DNA of 64,000 nucleotides from a virus. Position 1 is the first letter of the stretch. Every line of letters begins with the position of its first letter. Position numbers and translations under genes: made by a program. This document shows, piece after piece, positions 1-8,862 of the stretch. The stretch is from the IMG/VR virus record IMGVR_UViG_3300042549_004948, positions 64,001-128,000 of that record. One strand, 5' to 3'. Under the pieces are notes generated by a model, which had not been told where the DNA came from, ran no database searches, and worked only from the letters and a program-made list of their open reading frames with translations.

Positions 1-26
1 TTTTCTAGCATGGGATTTTATGTGTA

Positions 27-332
27 TTAGTTTGTAGGTAGAACTCCAAGTTTAGAGCTTGCATCAGCTACAGCTCCTTCAAGAGCGTCTAATTTAAGAA
101 CAATTATATTTAGGGCACGCATCCAATCTTTATCATTGTTTTGGCTTGCAATTGCATAAGCGCTGGCAAGTTCATTACGAAAGTCTTCTAAATGATCTTC
201 AGCAGCTCTCCAAATGTCTATTTCTTCAGATACTTGCCCCATCTCAACTCCTGATGAACTCACCGTAACTTCTTCCTCAATTTCTTGTAAAAGTGGATTG
301 TTTGTTTTATATTTCTCAAAATTAAATGCCAT
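27..332 (-). CDS. hypothetical acidic protein, possibly virion-associated
   Basis: 101-aa ORF; Glu-rich, N-terminal FxFxKY...LLQE leader similar to that of the neighbouring gene. Confidence 0.7.
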   Translation of the reverse strand: MAFNFEKYKTNNPLLQEIEEEVTVSSSGVEMGQVSEEIDIWRAAEDHLEDFRNELASAYAIASQNNDKDWMRALNIIVLKLDALEGAVADASSKLGVLPTN

Positions 333-345
333 AGTTTGTTTTTTA

Positions 346-1377
346 TTACGCTCCTACATCTTCTGTATCTAAATCTGCTAAGTTGATGTCATCTTCTTGC
401 ATACTAAAATCAGTAGCAAAGAAGTCAACTATGTCTTGTGGATCAAATCCGTCATCAATTAGATATTTAATTGTATCTCTAGTTAGAGAGTTGGTAGCAA
501 GCATTTTTAATACAGACATATCTGAGAATCCTTTTAGTCTAGCTAAATCAACTGCTTTTTTAATTTTAGGCAATTGAGGTATAAGTATAGTGTCTATAAG
601 TCCCATCATACGATTCTGATCCTCACTCTCAAATCCTGAGGCAGCATCTCTTTGTGCCTGGATAAAAGAATCATCTTCCATACCCTCGTTCATTCCTAGT
701 GTATCTTTTACAACTCTAAGAATATTTTGAGGTGTTTCTCCTTGGCTCAAAAGATTTTCAATCGCTCCAAGAAGTCGATCATATTCGTTCATATCTATAT
801 CTTCTGCTTCTTCAACATTTGCTTCATCATCAGTAGGGGCTAAAACTCCCCAATTAGATTCTAAATCTTCTATTCTATTAAGATACGGCTTCATAGCTGC
901 AGCATATTCATTAAAATCTGCAAATATACCTTGGTTTAAAGCCATCATATCTTCATTCTCTCCATTAACATCAATTTGAATAGGAGTAGTATCATCACCA
1001 TCATAATTAGGAGTGGCATATATAGCTATCTTATCGAAAGGCATGTCTTTGTAAGACCAAACTAAAACACCGGGATAATCATAATAACATTTCCAATTTC
1101 CAACTGTATAGGCTTCTGTACCATCTACATCTTTCATCCATGAATTTTCCATATCACCATCCATTTCATTCATACTAACATCCATGTGACGATTAAGTTT
1201 ACCACCAAGACCGTCAATAGGATCTTCAGGACCTTCATAAGGTTCTTTCATAGCTTTTTGTTGACCTAGATTAGTCTCCTCTTCTTTAAGAGGATGGAGA
1301 TCTACGTATTTACCTAAGATACCATGAGATCCTAGGCTATGTTCTTTCAAATACTTTGCAATGTTAAAATCTTTCAT
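346..1377 (-). CDS. acidic hypothetical protein, possibly internal virion protein
   Basis: 343 aa; FNIAKYLKE leader, repeated M-N-E/L-K-E sites; ATATTTAT motif 22 nt upstream. Confidence 0.8.
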   Translation of the reverse strand: MKDFNIAKYLKEHSLGSHGILGKYVDLHPLKEEETNLGQQKAMKEPYEGPEDPIDGLGGKLNRHMDVSMNEMDGDMENSWMKDVDGTEAYTVGNWKCYYDYPGVLVWSYKDMPFDKIAIYATPNYDGDDTTPIQIDVNGENEDMMALNQGIFADFNEYAAAMKPYLNRIEDLESNWGVLAPTDDEANVEEAEDIDMNEYDRLLGAIENLLSQGETPQNILRVVKDTLGMNEGMEDDSFIQAQRDAASGFESEDQNRMMGLIDTILIPQLPKIKKAVDLARLKGFSDMSVLKMLATNSLTRDTIKYLIDDGFDPQDIVDFFATDFSMQEDDINLADLDTEDVGA

Positions 1378-1410
1378 TTATTTTAAATTTATCTAGTAAT
1401 AAATATCTAC

Positions 1411-1695
1411 TTATTTAATAAATAAGGATTTAAGGCTAGCCCACAAAACCACGAGAGGGGCGACGACGAAAGCCGAAACCACGCTAGACACAGCAAAGAT
1501 TATAAAGCCTACGATCATATAAACTATACTATACATAGTCATCTTTATACCTAGGTCTAGATTAATAGGCATTACAACAATACCTAGAACTGCGATAGCT
1601 ACAAGTATTCCAAATAGAGCAGTTAATACCTTACTAAACTTGACTACTAAAAAACTAACTATGATACAGGAAATTGAAAACATGATCCATGCCAT
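1411..1695 (-). CDS. small membrane protein
   Basis: 94 aa, almost wholly hydrophobic, about 3 TM segments. Confidence 0.65.
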   Translation of the reverse strand: MAWIMFSISCIIVSFLVVKFSKVLTALFGILVAIAVLGIVVMPINLDLGIKMTMYSIVYMIVGFIIFAVSSVVSAFVVAPLVVLWASLKSLFIK

Positions 1696-1748
1696 AAAAA
1701 TCGTTTTTTCGTGAAGGGGCCTAAAAATATTGTATTTACAAATTTATA

Positions 1749-2012
1749 TTAAAGATAGTTTTTTACCTTAGTATTCATAAACTCAGGAGTAAATTCACCA
1801 TCCGCAAACACGACTTCGTCAGAAGCAGTAATAACCCTAGATACACTAAGTCCTTCTAGGGCGGCAGTAGCGATAATAGTTTTTACATAGTGAAACGGAG
1901 ACTTGATATTATGCGCATTTTGAAGCGCCCCATTACTAAGCTTAATGAATAAATGATAACCTCCAGGAATCTTACTTAGTGGATTTAATTCGTACGTGTT
2001 TTTTGTTTTCAT
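1749..2012 (-). CDS. hypothetical protein
   Basis: 87-aa ORF with A-rich start context. Confidence 0.65.
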   Translation of the reverse strand: MKTKNTYELNPLSKIPGGYHLFIKLSNGALQNAHNIKSPFHYVKTIIATAALEGLSVSRVITASDEVVFADGEFTPEFMNTKVKNYL

Positions 2013-2023
2013 AACTTGTTTTT

Positions 2024-2524
2024 TTATTGATTAAAATCTTTAGGTACTACGGTTAATTTTTCTCCTAGCTCTTTAATAACGTCAATCGCATCTTTCGAGG
2101 AGATCTCGAATCCTTCACGCCTATCGTTTACTCTATAGCCACGGCTCGCCAGGTACTCGTGGACCGCTTTCTCTAACACATGGCTATTGATACATTGGTA
2201 TTTAAAAACCTCGAACCACGGCGTTATTACACCAGTTGCAGAATTGATCTCCTTGATCCTTTGATGAACCGAAGTGGTAGTCATTCCTATTTTACATATA
2301 CCTGGCATAGACTTATTCACTAAAACGTATACCCACTCTGGTTTTCTTACACTCATAGTAGGATCTAGGATACCTTCACCATAGTAGGTGACATCTTCCC
2401 AGCCCTCAAACCCTGTATCGGTAGACGGAGTCAAGGTGAAGGCAACAGCCTTTCTGGATAGATTATCTACTCCGTGTTCTAACTTAATGTAAAAGGGAGT
2501 TTCGTTTTCAGTTATCTTTTTCAT
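2024..2524 (-). CDS. T5orf172/MUG113 (GIY-YIG-like) domain protein
   Basis: WVYVL...KIGMT...RIKE...TGV..P...LEK.VH..L...RV...REGF pattern. Confidence 0.85.
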   Translation of the reverse strand: MKKITENETPFYIKLEHGVDNLSRKAVAFTLTPSTDTGFEGWEDVTYYGEGILDPTMSVRKPEWVYVLVNKSMPGICKIGMTTTSVHQRIKEINSATGVITPWFEVFKYQCINSHVLEKAVHEYLASRGYRVNDRREGFEISSKDAIDVIKELGEKLTVVPKDFNQ

Positions 2525-2635
2525 ATTTACGTAAATTTGTTTTGCGTATATGATGTAGGATTATTTTTCCTATACAAAAACCAATTAGGTAGTGGATTAT
2601 AAAGTTTAATATCATAATTTATGTATTTACTTTTT

Positions 2636-2893
2636 TTAGAAAATCCTACTTTCCCCGGACTTTTGGAGAGTGTTTTCCACTTCTTGCTTGAATTTCCCTG
2701 TATCGGAATCGATCAACAAATCATACCAACTATAGTATATACAAGAGGACATGTCTGATTTGAGATTCTTCATCAATTCAACAGACTCTATAAATTCCAT
2801 TATATAGCCGGCATCATTAATTTCTTTAATTTGATCAAGAGCTTCTTTAAATTGCTGTTTGTCTAACTGTTTAGATAAGCTTAGTATATCCAT
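2636..2893 (-). CDS. hypothetical protein
   Basis: 85-aa ORF. Confidence 0.6.
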   Translation of the reverse strand: MDILSLSKQLDKQQFKEALDQIKEINDAGYIMEFIESVELMKNLKSDMSSCIYYSWYDLLIDSDTGKFKQEVENTLQKSGESRIF

Positions 2894-2904
2894 AGTATTT
2901 GTTT

Positions 2905-3081
2905 TTAATAAGAATCGTAGGGATTTTCATCAACGATGTTTCTTCTCCACCATTTTTTAAGCCTGGTGTTTTTACATTTAGGAATGATTAGAAATTCTAT
3001 TACTATTCCAAATGTTATCAATACTCCACCTGAAAGGCACATCCAAAAGATAATGTCTATAAAAATTTTTATGGCTGTCAT
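2905..3081 (-). CDS. small membrane protein
   Basis: Likely start MTAIKIF at 3081 (removes overlap); one TM segment then WWRR. Confidence 0.55.
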   Translation of the reverse strand: MTAIKIFIDIIFWMCLSGGVLITFGIVIEFLIIPKCKNTRLKKWWRRNIVDENPYDSY

Positions 3082-3082
3082 A

Positions 3083-3355
3083 TTATTTACTTTTATTGTT
3101 TTTGTAATATCTTGCACTCCATAATCCACTTGGGTTTTTAAATACTCCACAACTACCTCTACCATTTACCATATATCCACTCCACCTAAGATTGAAGTTA
3201 GTAGCATAGAAGCCACGATCTGCTGAATTATAATTGTATTCATAATTTGGACCTTTAACTATTTGTAAGATCTTCTTGATCATGTCGGTATAAGTAAAGT
3301 CATTTCCGTTCTCTAACATATAATCTACAAGCTTTTCTTTTATAGTCTTCTTCAT
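3083..3355 (-). CDS. hypothetical protein
   Basis: Likely start MKKTIKE at 3355; the upstream extension lies in GC-rich intergenic DNA. Confidence 0.65.
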   Translation of the reverse strand: MKKTIKEKLVDYMLENGNDFTYTDMIKKILQIVKGPNYEYNYNSADRGFYATNFNLRWSGYMVNGRGSCGVFKNPSGLWSARYYKNNKSK

Positions 3356-3497
3356 TTTATTTATGTATTTACTTTTTATAGGAATTTGGAAATTTTCCCG
3401 GTGTGCACCACCAGTCAACGCGAGGCTCCCTGCTAGGGCCCCCCTATCTACCACAATTAGCCCTTTACCAGGATGCTAGTTGGCTGCTAATGACTAG

Positions 3498-3533
3498 GAG
3501 CAAGGCACCAGCATGATGCTAGTACCTCGACTC
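3498..3533 (-). terminator. hairpin downstream of DUF932 gene
   Basis: Minus strand GAGTCGAGGTACTAGCA-TCA-TGCTGGTGCCTTGCTC stem with G-U pairs; no U-tract. Confidence 0.4.
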
Positions 3534-3543
3534 TCTAACCAAT

Positions 3544-4356
3544 TTATTTTACGTAAGAGTCAGCCAATTCCCAAAGGTCTCCGTTTAGATTGAAGTCCTC
3601 TATAGGGTTTTTGATAGCCCTAGCTTGACGGTTGTTCAATTGGAAGCCGCCTTTGATTAGGTTCTCTTGTAAGATGTTATAGGTATTCCACAAGGTCTTT
3701 CCTTCATCAGCAGAACGCTTAGGGCTTAGGATGTCCATGATCTCGTATTGTTCGGGTTGTCTGTCTGTTCCCATTCTTAGGGCCAAGGCTTCTACAGCAA
3801 AACCAAATCTCTCCTTATCATTCATCTCAACCATATTCCACTGGCTGATCTTACCTACAATACTCTGGAGTCCTTCTACCTTACTATCTATAAGGTTCTT
3901 TACTTCTTGGAAGTTCATCTTAGTATGTCTTTCTCTAAAGCTTCCCATGTCTTGGGACTTAACGATCAGGCCATTCTCACACACTAGGCGGAACAGTCCC
4001 ATCTCAAATTGGATAGGTCTAGTGCCATCATGTGAGTTGATCAGTACAACCTCAGGCCTTGCTTCGATCCCACCCTCAGGGTTCTTGATATAGAGGTCCG
4101 GGTGTTGGAAGCGGGTGATGTGGATACCCCAATTCTTACGTAGGTCGACGTTTGACTTTGACTGCTTGACGCCAGTCAATAGATAGCCCATGTCTTGCAT
4201 GTGTTCGATAACCTCAAAGGTCGGGGTGAATTGATACTTGGGACTCTTAATGGTAGGAGCGGGTGAAGTTGCAAAGATAGCCGGAGCCAGAGTCTTTGCA
4301 GAGTCCATTGAAATTGAAGTGATAATGTTGTTCTTAAAATCTGTTGCTTTTGTCAT
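3544..4356 (-). CDS. DUF932 (DUF945/YubP-like) domain protein
   Basis: H..RF...PEVVLINSHDG....F.MGLFRLVCENGL signature. Confidence 0.9.
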   Translation of the reverse strand: MTKATDFKNNIITSISMDSAKTLAPAIFATSPAPTIKSPKYQFTPTFEVIEHMQDMGYLLTGVKQSKSNVDLRKNWGIHITRFQHPDLYIKNPEGGIEARPEVVLINSHDGTRPIQFEMGLFRLVCENGLIVKSQDMGSFRERHTKMNFQEVKNLIDSKVEGLQSIVGKISQWNMVEMNDKERFGFAVEALALRMGTDRQPEQYEIMDILSPKRSADEGKTLWNTYNILQENLIKGGFQLNNRQARAIKNPIEDFNLNGDLWELADSYVK

Positions 4357-4383
4357 AACCTTTATTGTTTTTGTTTGTATAAG

Positions 4384-4429
4384 TAAATATAAGACTTTTA
4401 ATTGATAGTAGAAAAATTATCTTTAGAGT
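4384..4429 (-). promoter_or_regulatory. bipartite promoter ACTnnAAAGAT-N27-TATATTTA
   Basis: Same two boxes with 27-28 nt spacer at six intergenic sites. Confidence 0.65.
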
Positions 4430-4617
4430 GTCATGAAGCACTTGATAAGATCTATCTGAAGGTTCTTGGCATCATTTAGCTCTTGTTGATATGCTTCCTT
4501 CGCTGTCCGATCTTCTTCTCTACTAAAGATCTCTATCAGCTGTTCTATCCTTTCTATCCTGTTCACAAGTGCGGCTGAGAGGATCGGGTAATTTTTGGCT
4601 GTAATTTCTAGTTTCAT
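4423..4617 (-). CDS. hypothetical protein
   Basis: 64-aa ORF, AAAAAGTTATG start context. Confidence 0.65.
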   Translation of the reverse strand: MKLEITAKNYPILSAALVNRIERIEQLIEIFSREEDRTAKEAYQQELNDAKNLQIDLIKCFMTL

Positions 4618-4655
4618 AACTTTTTATTTTTAATTTTAATTTTATTGATTAGTAA

Positions 4656-4889
4656 TTAGTAAGGCGTCCATGTAATAACCTCGCACTCAAGATCTTTGAG
4701 GAGCTGTCCGTATCCTATATGCCTCTTAACAAAAGACTTATCTATCCATACTGTATCGACGGTATAGTTTTCATCTCCAGCATAGCCTGAGAAATAACTG
4801 GCTGTCTGATTGAGATTTCTCTTTTTAAGGGCTCTTAGTAGCTGGCTGAGGTTCATCCTGTCGATAGTCGTGGTAGATACTGTAGTCAT
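4656..4889 (-). CDS. hypothetical early protein
   Basis: 77 aa, directly downstream of repeated promoter module A. Confidence 0.65.
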   Translation of the reverse strand: MTTVSTTTIDRMNLSQLLRALKKRNLNQTASYFSGYAGDENYTVDTVWIDKSFVKRHIGYGQLLKDLECEVITWTPY

Positions 4890-4897
4890 TCTGTTAT

Positions 4898-5050
4898 TGA
4901 TTTGTTATATAGTAAAATTAAGCCATTCCAGCGACATAAAAAAATCTTTTTAGTCTTTTCCCAAAAGTTTTTATTGGCAACCAATCAGTTATAAGTGGTT
5001 CAGAATCAATCAGTTAGCCAGATCCTAAGTAGTTGATTATCAATCAGTTA
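4898..5050 (-). repeat. repeated promoter module copy A (promoter plus three 25-bp dyad/IHF-like units)
   Basis: Homologous to 6028-6171, 15626-15767 and 19297-19440; units at 4967-4991, 4992-5016, 5026-5050. Confidence 0.85.
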
Positions 5051-5051
5051 T

Positions 5052-5082
5052 AAAAAGAAAGGCCCGGGCAAAAGCCCAGGCC
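5052..5082 (-). terminator. intrinsic terminator
   Basis: GGCCTGGGC-TTTT-GCCCGGGCC followed by TTTCTTTTT on minus strand. Confidence 0.85.
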
Positions 5083-5121
5083 GGAAATAAATAACAAATG
5101 TAACCAATCTGTCAATAGGTC

Positions 5122-5367
5122 TTATGCATCAAGGTTAGAAAGCTTGAACACGTTTGACAACCTACCACGAGTCATATCATAGGCCTCGTTAACGATACGA
5201 CCGTTGAAATACTTACCTGACAGGACGTCAGATACATGTGTAGTAGAAAAACCTGTTGTTTCGGCAACTTTAGTAATGTCACCAAGGCGAAGCTTACGAT
5301 TAACACGGCTTACCTTCTGAATGTAGCTAAGTTTGTTGTAGCTAGTAGGACGATTTGAATTTTGCAT
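5122..5367 (-). CDS. helix-turn-helix DNA-binding protein
   Basis: ITKVAETTGFSTTHVSDVLSG HTH pattern. Confidence 0.75.
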   Translation of the reverse strand: MQNSNRPTSYNKLSYIQKVSRVNRKLRLGDITKVAETTGFSTTHVSDVLSGKYFNGRIVNEAYDMTRGRLSNVFKLSNLDA

Positions 5368-5402
5368 AACTGCTTGTTTTTGTTTTATAATTGTTTATAT
5401 AT

Positions 5403-5449
5403 TAAATATAAGACTTATTTTTGATACTGATATGGTAGATCTTTCTAGT
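5403..5449 (-). promoter_or_regulatory. bipartite promoter ACTnnAAAGAT-N28-TATATTTA
   Basis: Motif pair upstream of HTH gene. Confidence 0.6.
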
Positions 5450-5462
5450 TAACCACTTTTTT

Positions 5463-5669
5463 TTAAAAGCTATTGTCACTAAAGAGATCGTCCTCACTCC
5501 AATCATCTATGATCGGCTGGTTCATTTCCGAATTAATCATATCCAATAACTGGACAGCATAGTCTTTATCTACCCAACCTGAGTCATCTACGCTTACAAT
5601 GTCACCGATGTAATAGAGACCGGCTTGTTTTTTTAGATCTTTCAATTTAACTGTGTATATCATAACCAT
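5463..5669 (-). CDS. hypothetical protein
   Basis: 68-aa ORF. Confidence 0.6.
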   Translation of the reverse strand: MVMIYTVKLKDLKKQAGLYYIGDIVSVDDSGWVDKDYAVQLLDMINSEMNQPIIDDWSEDDLFSDNSF

Positions 5670-5701
5670 TTATATATTTATGTAAATTTAACTTTTGTTT
5701 A

Positions 5702-5772
5702 AAACGACCGTGGGTTTATACCATATATCTATTTCTAGTAAATATATATTTTGGTAGAAACGACCGTGGGTT
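5702..5772. repeat. 15-bp perfect direct repeat AAACGACCGTGGGTT x2
   Basis: Copies at 5702-5716 and 5758-5772 with 41-nt AT-rich spacer. Confidence 0.85.
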
Positions 5773-5785
5773 CTGATTATAGTGT

Positions 5786-6022
5786 TTAAAGATAATCCTG
5801 AAGATCATAACTATGCACAGTAGGGTAAGTCTTAACCAATCTCTCACCATAGGCTTCTACTGTTTTCATATAAGATTCTCTACTCTTGACAGGGAAATCT
5901 ATGATCCCACCTTCTGGATGTCTAACCTCTACTCTCACACAGTCATATGATTCTATATATCCGGTTCTTTCTGATTCATAAAGGTCTTCGCAAGTCTGGT
6001 AGGTGAAATTGAATTCTGTCAT
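5786..6022 (-). CDS. hypothetical early protein
   Basis: 78 aa, downstream of promoter module B. Confidence 0.65.
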   Translation of the reverse strand: MTEFNFTYQTCEDLYESERTGYIESYDCVRVEVRHPEGGIIDFPVKSRESYMKTVEAYGERLVKTYPTVHSYDLQDYL

Positions 6023-6027
6023 ACTGA

Positions 6028-6171
6028 TTGATTTGTTATATAGTAAAAGTAAGACAATCCAGTGATATAAAAAAATTTGGAGCTAACTATTTTCAAAAGT
6101 TTTTAGTGGTAATCAATCACTTATGTATATTCTTATTTATAATTCCTAACTTATTGGGAATCAAGTACTTA
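6028..6171 (-). repeat. repeated promoter module copy B
   Basis: TAGTAAAAGTAAGACAATCCAGTGATATAAAAAAA core plus dyad units at about 6100-6123 and 6147-6171. Confidence 0.75.
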
Positions 6172-6522
6172 GGTGCCGCGGGCATGATATGGCACCTGGC
6201 CTATTATTATGTTTCTTTATATACTATTGACACAAACTAACACAAATAAACACATTCTAACACTTTATATTTTATACACCCATAGGTTTTTTCTAGTATA
6301 TCTTTATATTCCTATATCCATATACAGTTTTAGGTGGCCTGTGGGTTGTATGGGCTTGTATGGGTTGGTCTTTCTTTTATTATCCTTATATCTCTATTCT
6401 TATTAATAGATGTAGATGTAGGTGTATCTGTACCATTCCTATTACTGGTATTATTATCTATTTCTTATACTGGATTTATTATATTATGTATTTCTTGGGC
6501 TGCTCGTCCTTTCTTTTTAAAT

Positions 6523-6553
6523 AGGAAAAGGCCAGATCTTTCCAGCCTTTCTT
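6523..6553 (-). terminator. probable intrinsic terminator
   Basis: AAGAAAGGCTGGA-AAGA-TCTGGCCTTTTCCT hairpin downstream of ParB-like gene. Confidence 0.6.
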
Positions 6554-6595
6554 ATATTCTCTATTTTACTTTGGGTGATGATTATTTTGCCGGTA

Positions 6596-6985
6596 CTATT
6601 TACCACTCTTTGACACCCACGCCCTTATCGTCCGCTCTCCTCTGTTGTAAAGCGTTGCAATCCTCGAATAACCGTCTATCACTTTGTCCCTAAACACAAC
6701 TATCGGCGCGTACTCCTCTCCCTCTATAGGCGTTAGGTCAGACTCCCCTCCCTGTCCGTATCGCACTTCCCCACTCTCTACATAGTTCCTCAGATTTTCA
6801 TCAGCCTTCAATAGGTCAGATACTTTTACCGTCATCATTTCAAATTCTTCTCCGCTCTTAAGAACTGCCGAGATGAACAGGTCCGGATGATCTGAATCGC
6901 TCGGTGTCTTGCTCTTTATATACTCTACGGTTTCCTCTGCTGACATTGTTTCCTCTAATAATAATATATCTATTAGCTTTATCAT
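6596..6985 (-). CDS. ParB/Srx N-terminal-like domain protein
   Basis: PIVV...VIDGYSRI......G..TI.AWV motif; MIKLIDILLLEE leader. Confidence 0.75.
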   Translation of the reverse strand: MIKLIDILLLEETMSAEETVEYIKSKTPSDSDHPDLFISAVLKSGEEFEMMTVKVSDLLKADENLRNYVESGEVRYGQGGESDLTPIEGEEYAPIVVFRDKVIDGYSRIATLYNRGERTIRAWVSKSGK

Positions 6986-7033
6986 CTCTTGTTTGTTTTT
7001 ACTTTGGTATAAAGATCTTTATTAGTTTCACTA

Positions 7034-8074
7034 TTATTTATTTGGAAGTATAATTTCTATATCTCCAGTTCTGTCTACATATACCTCAGATCCTTTAGGA
7101 GCATTTTTCTTTACGTAGGCTTGATAGAGTTTAGATCTTCTATTATCAGAGTAATCTACTTCGCCTTCATCATCAGACCTTTTGGTTGGGCTTATGAATA
7201 TAGTATTTATGATCTTTCCTTCAGCTTGATCAGTAGCAAGTTCTTTTTTGGTTGCATCTAATACAGTTGACATTACTCTGTACATCTCTCCTTTATTAAC
7301 TTCTTTATTGAAGCTAATAGTAGTTTTGTCAGGTCCTATTTTAAATTCTACTCCAAAACTAATATCATAATCAAATTCATTAGATCCTGCTTGATATGGA
7401 TCATCATCTTTATGTATAGCTATAAGATATTTGGTTCCTGATTCTGATTGGAATTCGTATTCTGCTTTATATTCGGTAGAAGCTTTGATCTTTCTATACT
7501 CATAAGGTTGTGCTGTACCTTCTCCTACCTCTTGTATTTTATTTTTTTGCTTGAAATTCTTGTTGATAAACTTAATGAAGCTACTACTAGATTGTCTTAG
7601 ATCCTTTTTAAAATTAGGAAATAGAGTGTTTATGTAGTGATCATACACATTCTTTCTTTTCTTGTCTGACGGAGAAAATAATATGGAATATATATTTTCA
7701 TCTCCACCTTCTTTCTTCATAGTGTTCTTTGTAGCTTGTACCACTGTTGCTAACACTTTAATAAAGTCTTGAGCTCCAGTCTTTTCAGAGTATTTCTTTT
7801 CCTGTTCCTCATCATTATCATACTCCTCCTCATCAGGCTCAGTAGGATCGTACTTCTTGAAAGCAATATAGATTGATTTACCAGGATCATTTGGATGTTT
7901 TGTAACCATATTAGAGATTTCCATCGGATCTCCATTTTGATTGGTATAAACATACGTGTGCATGGTACCGTAGCCTAGGTCTTTTTTTGTAATGGCATCA
8001 AACTTATAAGCATCCTCAGGTCTTGGGACGTTTAGTTCACTTAATACTTCTTTAAGTATCTTGGATAATTTCAT
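7034..8074 (-). CDS. hypothetical protein with two tandem homologous domains
   Basis: IKVLATVVQATK...ILFSP..KKRKNVY repeated as YRVMSTVLDATK...IFISP..NRRSKLY; MKLSKILKEVLSE leader. Confidence 0.8.
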   Translation of the reverse strand: MKLSKILKEVLSELNVPRPEDAYKFDAITKKDLGYGTMHTYVYTNQNGDPMEISNMVTKHPNDPGKSIYIAFKKYDPTEPDEEEYDNDEEQEKKYSEKTGAQDFIKVLATVVQATKNTMKKEGGDENIYSILFSPSDKKRKNVYDHYINTLFPNFKKDLRQSSSSFIKFINKNFKQKNKIQEVGEGTAQPYEYRKIKASTEYKAEYEFQSESGTKYLIAIHKDDDPYQAGSNEFDYDISFGVEFKIGPDKTTISFNKEVNKGEMYRVMSTVLDATKKELATDQAEGKIINTIFISPTKRSDDEGEVDYSDNRRSKLYQAYVKKNAPKGSEVYVDRTGDIEIILPNK

Positions 8075-8099
8075 TTAGGTTACTTCTATATAAATATCT

Positions 8100-8258
8100 T
8101 CACGGCCATTCTGGTGTATGGTCTATTTGTATCTTCTTTGTTTGTTGATCTATATTTAGGATCTCTAATATCTGATTTAAACGTTTATCTATATCGTACA
8201 TCTTGTCTTCAATAGAATCAAGTTTACTATTAAGATCATCTATTTCTTCTGGGTTCAT
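8100..8258 (-). CDS. small coiled-coil protein (52 aa, not in ORF track)
   Basis: MNPEEIDDLNSKLDSIEDKMYDIDKRLNQILEILNI..., translated by hand; heptad pattern. Confidence 0.55.
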   Translation of the reverse strand: MNPEEIDDLNSKLDSIEDKMYDIDKRLNQILEILNIDQQTKKIQIDHTPEWP

Positions 8259-8292
8259 ACTATTACTTTAAAGGTTTTTGAGTAAATATCTC

Positions 8293-8619
8293 TTAATGCA
8301 TTGGTGTCTTTAGTCCGAATTGATCGCTGTCATCGAACTCTTGATTAGTTAAGTATTCTTGTTCATTGCCATAATTCTCACAATCGTTTATGTGGTTGCA
8401 CTGTGCATCCGTATATCCTGCGTTGTAATCTTTATTTCTTTGCTCTTTCTCCATTGCTTTGGCTTGTTTAAAAACATTTACATTATGGGAAAAATCTTTT
8501 TCACTAAAAGGATTTCCGATTAAATTATCTTCCAACCATTCTACTGCTGTTAAGTTTTTAGGTATCCCTATATTCATATCTGCATTACTCGTGTGTGTTA
8601 TCTTTATTTCTTGTTTCAT
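8293..8619 (-). CDS. hypothetical phage protein
   Basis: 108 aa, TAVEWL...QAKAMEKEQ motif common in Bacteroidota phage small proteins. Confidence 0.7.
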   Translation of the reverse strand: MKQEIKITHTSNADMNIGIPKNLTAVEWLEDNLIGNPFSEKDFSHNVNVFKQAKAMEKEQRNKDYNAGYTDAQCNHINDCENYGNEQEYLTNQEFDDSDQFGLKTPMH

Positions 8620-8625
8620 AGTTTA

Positions 8626-8859
8626 TTATTTTACCATATCAAAATTGACATTATTTTCAGACATCAATTCCCGTAACTTATCTCTGACCTCCTCATAAGC
8701 ATAGTACTTGTCTTGAGGCAAATCATCAGCAGCGTACTTAGTTTTTGCTCTTAGGTCTTGGTCAAGTTCCCAAAGAACACTCCAAAAGTTTAGTGCATTA
8801 TTCGCCAAATCGTATTCTTGCTGGTCATCGGGTAGGTTGAATTCTAATATTGCTTTCAT
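8626..8859 (-). CDS. hypothetical phage protein
   Basis: 77 aa, MKAILEFNLPDDQ N-terminus. Confidence 0.75.
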   Translation of the reverse strand: MKAILEFNLPDDQQEYDLANNALNFWSVLWELDQDLRAKTKYAADDLPQDKYYAYEEVRDKLRELMSENNVNFDMVK

Positions 8860-8862
8860 AGT

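Noticed and set aside
6209-6693. Hydrophobic + strand ORFs 6209-6406 and 6334-6693
   Set aside because: Hydrophobicity is explained by T-rich low-complexity DNA; opposite to all real genes and overlapping a terminator
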